From Methanomassiliicoccales archaeon (GTDB lineage: Archaea; Thermoplasmatota; Thermoplasmata; Methanomassiliicoccales; JAAEEP01): 64,000 bases of DNA. Shown one piece after another: positions 35,140-44,115 of the stretch (position 1 is the stretch's first letter; each line of letters opens with the position of its first letter). Both the position numbers and the translations under genes were made by a program. The stretch is from assembly GCA_046540255.1 (NCBI GenBank), contig JBKHFJ010000001.1, positions 146,124-210,123 of the forward strand, in the 5' to 3' direction. Below the pieces are notes generated by a model. It worked only from the letters and a program-made list of their open reading frames with translations, was not told the DNA's origin and searched no databases.

Positions 35140-36774
35140 GTGTTCCCAATGGTTCAGGGTAATTTCGTCGACGTGGTCTCCGGGGACATATTCCCCGCGA
35201 AGGTCTCCCTTTACGAGAACAGACTGGTCAGGATAGAGGAGGGCCCGGTGGCCAAGAACCAGTACATCATCCCGGGTCTGATCGATGCCCACGTGCACAT
35301 CGAATCCTCCATGCTCTGTCCCTCCCGGTTCGCCGAGGCCGCCGTCCCCCACGGCGTCACCTCGGTGGTCACCGATCCTCACGAGATCGCCAACGTTCTG
35401 GGGATGAAGGGGGTGGAATACATGGTCCGCGACGGGCGGGAGGTGCCGATGAGGTTCTTCTTCACCGCCCCCTCCTGTGTACCGGCCACCCCTTTCGAGA
35501 CCTCAGGCGCCTCCCTGGGATGGAGGGAGGTGAGGGAGCTCCTGGAGAGGGAGGACTTCGTCGCGCTCGGCGAGGTGATGAACTACCCCGGGGTACTGAA
35601 CGACGATCCTGACGTCATCGCGAAGATAGAGGTGGCCGAGCGGTTGGGGAAGCCGGTGGACGGGCACGCCCCCGGGCTCTCGGGCAGGGACCTGGAGAAC
35701 TACGTCTTCGCCGGGGTGACCAGCGACCATGAGTGCACCACCCTGGAGGAGGCGAGGGAGAAGCACGACCTGGGGATGGACATCATGGTGAGGGAGGGAA
35801 GCGCCTCCAAGAACATGGCCGACCTGATGCCGTTCGCCAGGAGGAACGAGTGCATGTTGGTCTCCGACGACATGCACGCGGGGGACCTGGTGGAGGGGTA
35901 CATGGACCGGAGGCTGAGTCAGGCAGTGGAGCTGGGCATGGATCCGGTGGACGCCATCAGGGCGGCCAGCCTGTGGCCCTCCCACCGCTACCACCTGCCG
36001 GTGGGCAGGGTGGAGGTGGGCCAACCGGCCGACTTCGTGGTGGTCAAGGATCTGGAGTCCTTCGAGGTCCTGGAGGTCTACATCGAGGGCCGGCTGGTGG
36101 CCAAGGACGGGAGGCCCCTATTCACACCTGCCCCGATCCAGGCGAAGACCCGCATAGTACCGCAGGACAAGGAGCCCCAGGACTTCGACCTCCCCCATCC
36201 CGGACCTGAAGCCGAGGTGAGGGTGATCAAGGTCCTTCCGGACCAGATAGCAAGCAGATCGAAAGAGGCCACCCTCCCGGTGAGGGGCGGGGTGATCAAG
36301 GAGGACGTGGACAGGGACATTCTGCGCATGGCCGTGATCAACCGGTACAGGCCCGAGAGGCCGGCGGTGGGTTTCGTCTCCGGCTTCGGACTGAAGAGGG
36401 GGGCCGTAGCCTCCACGGTGGCCCACGACTCCCACAATATCGTGGTGGTTGGGACCAGCACATGGACCATGGCGGAGGCCGCCAGGGAGGTGGCCGACGG
36501 AGGGGGCCTCTACGCCACCGACGGTGGGAAGAGCATGCACCTCAGGCTGCCCATCGCCGGACTGATGAGCGATCGGCCCGCCCCTGAGGTGGCCGAGGAG
36601 TACGATCGGTTAGAGCGGTTCGTCTCGGAATTGGGATGCGGGCTTCCCGCCCCGTTCATGACCATGTCCTTCCAGAGCCTCCTGGTGATCCCCGAGCTGA
36701 AGCTGGGCGACCGGGGCCTCTTCGACTCCACCCGGATGGAGTTCGTTGACGTGGTGGTCGAGAAGAATGTTTAA
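35140..36774 (+). CDS. ade: adenine deaminase
   Basis: 544 aa with GTG start. Has the amidohydrolase motif PGLIDAHVHIESS, a two-domain length, and downstream HE/ D motifs. Confidence 0.85.
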   Translation: MFPMVQGNFVDVVSGDIFPAKVSLYENRLVRIEEGPVAKNQYIIPGLIDAHVHIESSMLCPSRFAEAAVPHGVTSVVTDPHEIANVLGMKGVEYMVRDGREVPMRFFFTAPSCVPATPFETSGASLGWREVRELLEREDFVALGEVMNYPGVLNDDPDVIAKIEVAERLGKPVDGHAPGLSGRDLENYVFAGVTSDHECTTLEEAREKHDLGMDIMVREGSASKNMADLMPFARRNECMLVSDDMHAGDLVEGYMDRRLSQAVELGMDPVDAIRAASLWPSHRYHLPVGRVEVGQPADFVVVKDLESFEVLEVYIEGRLVAKDGRPLFTPAPIQAKTRIVPQDKEPQDFDLPHPGPEAEVRVIKVLPDQIASRSKEATLPVRGGVIKEDVDRDILRMAVINRYRPERPAVGFVSGFGLKRGAVASTVAHDSHNIVVVGTSTWTMAEAAREVADGGGLYATDGGKSMHLRLPIAGLMSDRPAPEVAEEYDRLERFVSELGCGLPAPFMTMSFQSLLVIPELKLGDRGLFDSTRMEFVDVVVEKNV

Positions 36775-36801
36775 TATCCGTGCCACCTATCCCGCGGAAC
36801 G

Positions 36802-37356
36802 ATGCTGGAGAAGCTGAAGGAGAGCCTGAGATCCTGCCCCATCGTCAGGTTCGACGATTACCATTACTTCATACATCCCATCACCGACGGCATACCCCGC
36901 ATGCCCCCTGAGGTGATGGAGGAGATCCTGGACTCGATGGAGGAGCTGGTGGAGGACTGCGATCTGCTGGTGGGGCCGGAGGCCATGGGCATATGCCTGG
37001 TGGTGCCGCTCTCCCTCCGGACCAGGATACCCTACAACATCGTCCGCAAGAGGAGGTACTCGCTGGAGGGAGAGGTCAGCGTCAGCCAGGTCACCGGGTA
37101 CTCCGAGTGCGACATGTACATCAACGGCATTCTCCCCGGGGAGCGGGTGGTCCTGGTGGACGATGTCATGAGCACCGGGGGCACGGTGAGGGCGGTGGCC
37201 AGGGCCCTCCAATCCATGGGCGTCGAGGTGGTCAGCATAGTGGTGGTGGTGGAGAAGAGCGATCACCGGGAGGTCCTGGAGAGGGAGCTGGGCGTCCCCA
37301 TCAAGAGCCTGGTGAAGGTGAGGGTGCACGAGGGCAGGGTGGAGGTCCTCAGCTGA
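36802..37356 (+). CDS. hpt: purine phosphoribosyltransferase (archaeal hypoxanthine/guanine PRT-like)
   Basis: 184 aa with the PRPP-binding motif VVLVDDVMSTGGT. The N-terminal region resembles archaeal Hpt/Apt-like proteins. Adjacent to ade. Confidence 0.7.
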   Translation: MLEKLKESLRSCPIVRFDDYHYFIHPITDGIPRMPPEVMEEILDSMEELVEDCDLLVGPEAMGICLVVPLSLRTRIPYNIVRKRRYSLEGEVSVSQVTGYSECDMYINGILPGERVVLVDDVMSTGGTVRAVARALQSMGVEVVSIVVVVEKSDHREVLERELGVPIKSLVKVRVHEGRVEVLS

Positions 37357-38134
37357 TCAACCTCTTCTTCATCAGGTGAACGGAGGCCAGGAAGGTGATG
37401 GCGGTCAGAACCAGCATGTAAGCCAGACCGTAGAGGTCCATGCTCTCCAGGGTACCGAAGCTCAGGTCCCTGATCAGGGTGGTGGCATGGGTCAGCGGGA
37501 GGATCTGGGCCAGTCCCTGGCCCCAGTCCGGTAGGACGGTGAGGGGAAAGAAGGTCCCGCTGAACAGGAACATGGGGGTTATCAGCAGGAAGAAGGGGTA
37601 GTTGAAGGAGTCTATGTTGGGGACCAGGGAGGTGAACAGCATGGCTATGGAGGCGAACATCATGCCCACCAGGAAGCCCACCGCGGGCACCAATAGTACG
37701 CTGGGGAGCTCCACCAGGCCGGCCACGGCCACCACCCCCAGCACGATGGTGGCGTTGATGAAGGTCTTGGTCGCCCCCCACAGGATCTCCCCGGTGATCA
37801 CGTCCTCAATGCTCAGCGGTGTGGCTATGATGGCATCGAAGGTCTTCTGGTAGTGCATCCGGACGAAGGAGCCGTAGGTGCATTCGAAGAAGGAGGTGTA
37901 CATGGCCGAGATGGCTATCAGCCCCGGGGCCAGGAACTTGGCGTAGTCGTACAGGCCACCACTGTACTCCACCTGCCCGATGAGCACCCCGAAGCCCAGC
38001 CCCATGGCGGTGAGGTATAGTATCGGCTCCAGGAACGGCGGGAGGAAGTTGGTCTTCCAGGTGGTGAGGAAGACGTCCCGGTTCCTCCGCCACACCTCCA
38101 CCGATCTCAGGGAGATGTTCGACAGAAAGCTCAT
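37349..38134 (-). CDS. ABC-2 type transporter permease
   Basis: ATG at 38134 (MSFLSNISLRSVEVWRRNRDVF...) overlaps the ATPase stop (ATGA). Six hydrophobic segments. The track ORF 37349..38440 extends spuriously upstream. Confidence 0.8.
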   Translation of the reverse strand: MSFLSNISLRSVEVWRRNRDVFLTTWKTNFLPPFLEPILYLTAMGLGFGVLIGQVEYSGGLYDYAKFLAPGLIAISAMYTSFFECTYGSFVRMHYQKTFDAIIATPLSIEDVITGEILWGATKTFINATIVLGVVAVAGLVELPSVLLVPAVGFLVGMMFASIAMLFTSLVPNIDSFNYPFFLLITPMFLFSGTFFPLTVLPDWGQGLAQILPLTHATTLIRDLSFGTLESMDLYGLAYMLVLTAITFLASVHLMKKRLIS

Positions 38135-39051
38135 TCCCTCAGCCCCCTCCCGGTGAGCCGGAGGAACACGTCCTCCAGGTTGGCCATCCTCACCAGGTGC
38201 TTTCGGATGGCGAATCGGTCCATCAGGTCCTCCAGCAGCTCCTCGGTTCGGTCGGTGTAGACGTAGATGGCGTCGAACGTCCTTTCGTGGGGAATCCCGG
38301 TCTCCTCGACCCTCTCCTCCAACCCGTCTGGGGGATCGAATATCTCCAGTACCCGGGTGCCAACCACCTCGTCCACCAGTTTCCTGGGCTCGTCCTCCAC
38401 CAGGATCCGGCCCCCCTCCATGATGACCAGGCGGTCGCACAGCTGCTCCGCCTCGTCCATGTAGTGTGTGGTGATGATCACGGTGACGCCCCGCCTCTTC
38501 AGCTCCCTCACCTTGTCCCAGATCATGTGCCTGGCCTGGGGATCAAGGCCGGTGGTGGGCTCGTCCAGGATGAGCAACTGGGGGTCGTTCATCAGGGCCC
38601 GGGCGATGGTCAGCCTCCTCTTCATGCCCCCGGAGAGCTTGGTGATAAGCACGTCCCTCTTCTCCTCCAGCTGCATGAACTCCAGCAGCCGCTCGGCCCT
38701 CTCCAGGGCCACCTCCTCCGGTATGCGGAAGTACCTGGCGTAGACGGTGAGGTTGCGAAGCACCGAGAAGTCCGGGTCCAGGTTGTTGTCCTGCGGGGCC
38801 ACCCCTATCATCCCCTTGATCTCCCTGGGGTTCTCCCCCACCTCCATGCCCAGGACCCGGAGGGTCCCCTGGGTGACCGGGGAGACGCAGTAGATCATCT
38901 TCATGGCGGTGGTCTTCCCGGCCCCGTTGGGGCCGAGGAAGCCGAAGCACTCCCCCTCCATGATGTTGAAGTCTATGCCGTCCACCGCGGTGAATGAGTT
39001 GAACCTCTTGATCAGCCCCCTTGCCGACACTACCCCTTCCATATCAGCCAC
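38131..39051 (-). CDS. ABC transporter ATP-binding protein (ABC-2/DrrA-like)
   Basis: 306 aa with Walker A GPNGAGKTT, signature LSGGMKRRL, and Walker B LLILDEPTTGLD. Confidence 0.9.
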   Translation of the reverse strand: MADMEGVVSARGLIKRFNSFTAVDGIDFNIMEGECFGFLGPNGAGKTTAMKMIYCVSPVTQGTLRVLGMEVGENPREIKGMIGVAPQDNNLDPDFSVLRNLTVYARYFRIPEEVALERAERLLEFMQLEEKRDVLITKLSGGMKRRLTIARALMNDPQLLILDEPTTGLDPQARHMIWDKVRELKRRGVTVIITTHYMDEAEQLCDRLVIMEGGRILVEDEPRKLVDEVVGTRVLEIFDPPDGLEERVEETGIPHERTFDAIYVYTDRTEELLEDLMDRFAIRKHLVRMANLEDVFLRLTGRGLRE

Positions 39052-39123
39052 CGGAATCGCCTAGATATTATATATTATAGACTCAGGGTAGGTGAAAGGG
39101 TCAAGAGGACCCGGATCCAGGGG

Positions 39124-40650
39124 GTGAGGGTGGACCTCTCCTTCCCACTTCTGATCGGCTACTTCACCCTGGCCGGGGCCGGGATAGGCGCCCTGAGCGG
39201 TCTGGTCCCGGGCATACACGTGAACACCATGGCGCTGATCCTGGTGGCCGTGCAGCCCACCCTTTCCCCTCATCTCCAGGAGGCGTGCGCCGCCTGCGGC
39301 CTTCCCGGTGAGTGCGCCCCCTTCCTGAGCGCCTCGGTGGTGGTCTCCGCCGCCGTGGTCCACTCCTTCATGGATTTCGTCCCCTCGGTCTTCCTGGGCG
39401 CCCCGGACGAGTCCCAGGTGCTATCCGTCCTTCCGGGCCACAGGATGCTTCTGGACGGCAGGGGGTTAGACGCGGTGCGGGCGGCCGCCCGGGGATCCCT
39501 GATCGGCTCCTGCACGGCCATACTGCTGGCCATGCCCCTACACTGGCTGATGGGCGAGCCTTTCCAGATGTACGACCTTCTCAGCCCCTACATCCCCTGG
39601 ATCCTGATAGGGGTGGTGGTCCTGCTCCTGATGTCGGAGTGGAGGAAGGTGATGGTGCTTAAGGTCGAATCCGCCTCCCCCACGGCCTCCACCTCTCTGA
39701 TCCCTCCCCGGGCGGTGAAAGGGGAGTCGGCCCGCCTGAACGGCCGGGTGCGGGGCCTCCCACCCCGGCTGATCACCCCCCAGGGGGAGTGGAGGATCCG
39801 GGGCCGGGCGCCCCGGGGCCGATGGGTGGAGTTGAGGGGCACATGGATCACCGGAGGTCGGTGGGACGGGATGGGATGGGCCCTGCTTCTCTCCCTCCTA
39901 TCCGGTGGACTGGGCTACATCGTGATGAACGCCCAGCTGCCCCTGCACCACCTCTCCGGCCTGGGGGACAGCGAGCTGTTCCCCCTCCTGACCGGGCTGT
40001 TCGGACTGCCCACTCTGCTCCTCTCCCTGGGATCGGGGGAGCTGCCTCCCCAGGAGGAATTAGGGGTACAGGAGGGATCCGGTCCGGCCGTCCGGGGATC
40101 GGCGGCCGGGGCCCTGGTGGGATGGTTCCCCGGGATCACCTCCACCGCGGGGACGGTGATCTCCTCCCTCCTGTTCCGGGAGGGGAGCGGTCCCGCCAGG
40201 TTCATCACCATGGTCTCCTCAGTGGGCACCTCGGCCACCGTGTTCAGCCTGGTGGCCCTGTCCGTCCTGGGCAGGGGGAGGACGGGCACCATGCTGGCGG
40301 TGAAGGAGCTGGTCGGCAACGGCGGACAGGCGGCCCTTTCCTCCCAGCCCTCCTACCACTTCGCCATTCTCCTTCTCTGTGTACTGCTCTCCTCCCTGCT
40401 GGCCTACCACCTGACCATGGTGGGGGGAAGGGCCTTCCTGCGCCTGCTTCGGAGGTTCCCCCTGGAGCGGATGACCAAGGGCATCATGATCCTGGTGGTG
40501 GCCCTGGTCGGCCTGTTCACCGGTCTCCCCGGGCTGATCGTCCTGGTACCCTCCACCCTGCTGGGTCTGGTACCCCCCAGGGTGGGGGTGAGTCGGGTGC
40601 ACCTCACTGGCTGTCTGATACTGCCCCTGGTGGTCTACTTCCTGGTCTGA
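39124..40650 (+). CDS. polytopic membrane protein, TctA/DUF112-like
   Basis: 508 aa with GTG start. The N-terminal GAGIGALSGLVPGIHVNTMA resembles archaeal COG1784 proteins (from memory). Carries an Arg/Trp-rich soluble insertion around aa 175-250. Confidence 0.5.
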   Translation: MRVDLSFPLLIGYFTLAGAGIGALSGLVPGIHVNTMALILVAVQPTLSPHLQEACAACGLPGECAPFLSASVVVSAAVVHSFMDFVPSVFLGAPDESQVLSVLPGHRMLLDGRGLDAVRAAARGSLIGSCTAILLAMPLHWLMGEPFQMYDLLSPYIPWILIGVVVLLLMSEWRKVMVLKVESASPTASTSLIPPRAVKGESARLNGRVRGLPPRLITPQGEWRIRGRAPRGRWVELRGTWITGGRWDGMGWALLLSLLSGGLGYIVMNAQLPLHHLSGLGDSELFPLLTGLFGLPTLLLSLGSGELPPQEELGVQEGSGPAVRGSAAGALVGWFPGITSTAGTVISSLLFREGSGPARFITMVSSVGTSATVFSLVALSVLGRGRTGTMLAVKELVGNGGQAALSSQPSYHFAILLLCVLLSSLLAYHLTMVGGRAFLRLLRRFPLERMTKGIMILVVALVGLFTGLPGLIVLVPSTLLGLVPPRVGVSRVHLTGCLILPLVVYFLV

Positions 40651-42809
40651 TCGAGCAGCCTCTTCAGGGAGGGGAAGTCGTACCCGAAGGGGGAGAGCAG
40701 CTCCTCCGTGGCCCTGATCACCAGGTCGGTGTAGTACCCCGGGTCGTAGACCTCTTCCCCGGTCATGAACTGCTCCACCCTCACCCTCTCCCAGGGGTCC
40801 CTGCTCCCCCGGTCGAGGACCAGGTAGCGAACGCTCTTCCCGGGTGGTATGGACAAGCCCCGGGAGCGGAACTGGCTCAGGGCGGCTACCGAGTCGTTGA
40901 GCTGCCTGTACTCCTCCAGGGGCTTGGATATCCGCTTGCGGACCAGCAGCCTCCCAGGGCTTACCTCCCCCCGTACCAGTGAGGCGGCGTGATCCTCCAT
41001 GACCCGGATCACCTCCGGGAGGGTCTCCAGGAACTCATCCCGGTCCCCCGCATCGGAGAGGAGCCGCAGCATCTCTCCCTGCATCTCCCCGACCAGGTCG
41101 GTGGTGTCGTGCCTGCGGAGGGCGATCCCCCTGGCCTTCACCTTACCGTCATGGAAGAGCCCGTAGTAGCGGTTCAGGGCCCCCACCCCGGTGGTGATGC
41201 AGGGGAGGAACACTATCCAACGGTAGATCCCCTCCAGCTCCAGGGGTATGTCCAGATCCTCCTCCACCTCTCCGCACAGCGCTTCCACCCCCTCCCCACC
41301 GGACACCCACAGGGAGTCCACTATGCCGTGCAGCACCTGGAAACCCCTCCACTCCGCCGCCTCCGCCGCCCGGAGCAGTATCTCCCTCCCGTAGGCGGTG
41401 ATCGACTCGTGGCACTCGATCCTGCCGAACCTGGCGTTCCGGTAGCCGGTGTAGCCGAAGCAGGTGACCAGCACCCACTTAAGGACCCTTGCCCTCTGCT
41501 CGTACACCTCTCGCCTCTCCGGCATCTCCTCCATAAGACGCTTGCAGGCCGCCCTTCTCCCGATCACCGGCTCGAGCACCCGGGGTATGAGCCCTCTTCT
41601 CCTCTGGCACACCGGGTAACCGATCTCCGGCACCCGGTGGGGGGAGCGGGGACAGCAGTCGCACTTGACCGTTTCCGGGGAGATGTTGAACCTGACCATG
41701 ATGTTCGGGTAGAGGGAGGCGAAGTCCAGCTCCGCCACCTCTTCATGAAGACCCACTTGGGGCTCGTATATGAACCCTCCTCGGTCGGAGACCATCAGCT
41801 CCCTGGCGGTCTTGAATCCCTCTGGGAGGTTCTTCTTCCACATGATCAGGTGGCCGCTCCGGACGGCCTCGTTGACCTGCATGGCGGAGATGGCACTCCC
41901 CGGGGAGAGGCGGCACAGGTCCTGGACCGGGATCCTGGAGAGCCTGGAGAGGTCGATGAGCCCGTACAGGCCGCTCTCGCTGTACATGAAGGATGACTCA
42001 CGATCGATGTGGATGCGGCCCCGGAGCTTGCAGGCCGAGGGCTTGTAGAGGATGCGCCCGTAGGTGAAGTAGCTCTTCTCCTTCCCTCTCCTCTCCCCCT
42101 CCCCCCTGCCCAGCCGCAGGTCCATGCCCATCTCCTGGGCCCTCCGGGCCAGGTGGTGGAGGTAGAAGTCGTCCCCTCCCCGGGTGAGTAGAACGTCGGG
42201 ATCCTCCCGGTCCAGCAGCTCCTGCAGGTCCTCCAGGATGCCCGCCTCCTCCCCCTCCAGCACCGCACCGTCCAGGGCCACCGAGCGGATCGGGTCCTCC
42301 GGCGTGGGCAGCCCCCTCGCGGGCTCCACCCCCACCCCCAGCTCGGCCACTTTCAGAGGGGGAAGGGGATAGGAGTGGCGGTAGGGGGAGTCCAGGTTCC
42401 GGTACCCCTCCCCCGCCTCCACCAGGCCCATGGGGAAGACGTCCTGTTCCAGGAAGTACCTCTGGTCGAAGCGGAGGTCCACGTTGAACAGCCGGTAGTC
42501 CCGGTAGCTCCCCCACCCGTCTATCATCCTGGCCAGATCGGCCAGTCGGGAGTAGTCCCCCACCCGGATGCCCAGGGTGGTCCTCTCCCTCCCGTCCAGC
42601 CACACCTTCCTCTTCTCCCTCCAGGTGTCGTGGACATCCACCTTCTCCAGCTTGCCCTCCAGCTCGCCCAGATCTCTCCCGGGGGCCCAGACGTGGATGC
42701 TGGGGGAGAAGGGGTGCACCCTCCTCTCCACCCCGTCCGCGGTCTTTAGCCACACCACCATGGCGTTCCCCCGGTGATCCGGGTAGCAGTCCAGTATCCA
42801 ACCCCTCAT
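40635..42809 (-). CDS. family B DNA polymerase, PolB2-like, with degenerate exonuclease motifs and altered motif C
   Basis: 724 aa. Motif A DFASLYPNIM is intact, motif B reads KWVLVTCFGYTGY, motif C reads HGIVDSLWV (canonical YGDTDS), and RGIALRRHDT is KxY-like. The Exo I position reads VAELGVG (no DxE) and the Exo II position reads GGDDFY. Confidence 0.8.
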   Translation of the reverse strand: MRGWILDCYPDHRGNAMVVWLKTADGVERRVHPFSPSIHVWAPGRDLGELEGKLEKVDVHDTWREKRKVWLDGRERTTLGIRVGDYSRLADLARMIDGWGSYRDYRLFNVDLRFDQRYFLEQDVFPMGLVEAGEGYRNLDSPYRHSYPLPPLKVAELGVGVEPARGLPTPEDPIRSVALDGAVLEGEEAGILEDLQELLDREDPDVLLTRGGDDFYLHHLARRAQEMGMDLRLGRGEGERRGKEKSYFTYGRILYKPSACKLRGRIHIDRESSFMYSESGLYGLIDLSRLSRIPVQDLCRLSPGSAISAMQVNEAVRSGHLIMWKKNLPEGFKTARELMVSDRGGFIYEPQVGLHEEVAELDFASLYPNIMVRFNISPETVKCDCCPRSPHRVPEIGYPVCQRRRGLIPRVLEPVIGRRAACKRLMEEMPERREVYEQRARVLKWVLVTCFGYTGYRNARFGRIECHESITAYGREILLRAAEAAEWRGFQVLHGIVDSLWVSGGEGVEALCGEVEEDLDIPLELEGIYRWIVFLPCITTGVGALNRYYGLFHDGKVKARGIALRRHDTTDLVGEMQGEMLRLLSDAGDRDEFLETLPEVIRVMEDHAASLVRGEVSPGRLLVRKRISKPLEEYRQLNDSVAALSQFRSRGLSIPPGKSVRYLVLDRGSRDPWERVRVEQFMTGEEVYDPGYYTDLVIRATEELLSPFGYDFPSLKRLLDQTRK

Positions 42810-43054
42810 CTCCCCTCCAGCTCCTCCCTGAGCCTCTCGATCTCCTTCTCCTGCTCCAGCAGGATGGAGAGGATCACAGCCTCCACCGGATCGCTCAGGG
42901 CGGCGTAGGAGGAGGCGGAGGAGTGCTTCCTCGCCCTATCCAGCAGGCGATCGAAGGCCTCCCTGTCCTTCCCCCTGAGGGCCCGGCGGAAGGCCTGCCA
43001 GCTCCTAAGTATCGACTCCAGCGTCTGCCTGTGGGTGGGTACGGTCCTTCCCAT
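42806..43054 (-). CDS. small alpha-helical protein, unknown function
   Basis: 82 aa, Arg/Glu/Leu-rich. Overlaps the polB start by 4 nt and begins 4 nt after the RadB-like stop. Codon usage resembles neighbouring genes. Confidence 0.5.
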   Translation of the reverse strand: MGRTVPTHRQTLESILRSWQAFRRALRGKDREAFDRLLDRARKHSSASSYAALSDPVEAVILSILLEQEKEIERLREELEGR

Positions 43055-43058
43055 GGTA

Positions 43059-43772
43059 TCACCCGAACTCGTCCAGTGTGGTCTGGTAGTAGGGGACGGG
43101 GCGGTAGAGCATGGACCTCCCCTCCTTCACCAGGGACAGCATGAGAGCCTTGCTCCTATTCTCCATCCTGAGCACGCTGTCCGCACTGTCGTACATGAAG
43201 GTGTGCATGCTCCTCTTGCAGCTGATCTTGGTCAGCCCGTGGTTGGTGATCAGGGTGCCGGTCCCGTGCCGCTGGGTGATTCCCCTGAGCAGGGAGACAC
43301 AGCGCTTGATGAGCTGGAAGGCCTCCGACCACCACATGTCCCTGTCGTGGAACAGGTCTGGGAAGCAGGAGACGATCAGTGCGGAGCATTCGGTGTCCTC
43401 CACCTCCTTCTCCAGATGGTCCTCGATCAGGGAGACCATCTGGTAGGCGGTGAACGCCCTGGCGATGTTCACGCTGTCCAGCACCTCTCCGGTGTCCATC
43501 CCCAGGCGCTTGCACAGGCCGGCCATGGCGTGGGGGTTGACCGAGTTCCCCCCGTCCACCCAGACCACCTCACCATGCCTCACCGCATCGATGGCCACCC
43601 GGTGGGTGAGGTCGAACAGGAACCGGTCCGAGCTGTCCATCAAGAGGAGGCTGGAGCCCGGTATTCCCCCGAGGAAGGAGTCTATGAAAGGGATCGAGGT
43701 GTACAGCCTGGTCTCCTGGAGGCCCGGGGTCCGTATCACTCCAGCTGCCGGCAAACCTCTGGTGGTGAACAT
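43059..43772 (-). CDS. RadB/RecA-superfamily-like protein lacking Walker A and Walker B residues
   Basis: 237 aa. SIPFIDSFLGGIPGSSLLLMDSSDRFLF aligns by eye to the RadA/RadB ...LD.LLGGG...GE.GSGKT region without GKT. VVWVDGGNSVNP...NIARAFT fits the RadB core. The Walker B strand reads ALIVSCF. Confidence 0.6.
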   Translation of the reverse strand: MFTTRGLPAAGVIRTPGLQETRLYTSIPFIDSFLGGIPGSSLLLMDSSDRFLFDLTHRVAIDAVRHGEVVWVDGGNSVNPHAMAGLCKRLGMDTGEVLDSVNIARAFTAYQMVSLIEDHLEKEVEDTECSALIVSCFPDLFHDRDMWWSEAFQLIKRCVSLLRGITQRHGTGTLITNHGLTKISCKRSMHTFMYDSADSVLRMENRSKALMLSLVKEGRSMLYRPVPYYQTTLDEFG

Positions 43773-44115
43773 CTGCGCTCATGCTTACCACCGTGCGGTT
43801 CTCTAAAAAGGGTGAGCGTGAGGGATGGATGAAAGTGCCCCGTCGAGATCGACCGTTCGCCGCGTGGGACCGGTCACATACCGCGTTGCTTTCCAGAGGC
43901 GGGAAACGGCTCAAGCCGTCGACGGTACCTTTCGGTGGAGCGTCGGGAAATGGATCGTGGACAGGGCATCTGGTCGGGATCCATCAAAATTGGTGAAACT
44001 ACGTCCAAGGATCCGGGTTTTCCCAGGGAGGGCACCGGCGGATCGGCCCATCGGAGGTGGGGAGGGTCAACTCCTCAATCGGTTCAGGTCAAAATGAAAT
44101 ATAGGCGGTAGGACG

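Noticed and set aside
37349-38440. A 363-aa version of the ABC-2 permease ORF.
   Set aside because: The first about 100 codons overlap the ATPase gene in another frame. The ATG at 38134 forms an ATGA overlap with the ATPase stop and starts the hydrophobic protein.
43815-44085. The GC-rich 270-nt spacer as RNase P RNA or SRP RNA.
   Set aside because: I looked for GGAAAGUCC / ACAGAA..GGCUUA (RNase P) and for the AGG.CCGGAAGG.AGCA helix-8 motif (SRP). Only weak partial resemblances turned up (GAUGAAAGUGCCCC, ACAGGGCAU), too close together and in the wrong context.
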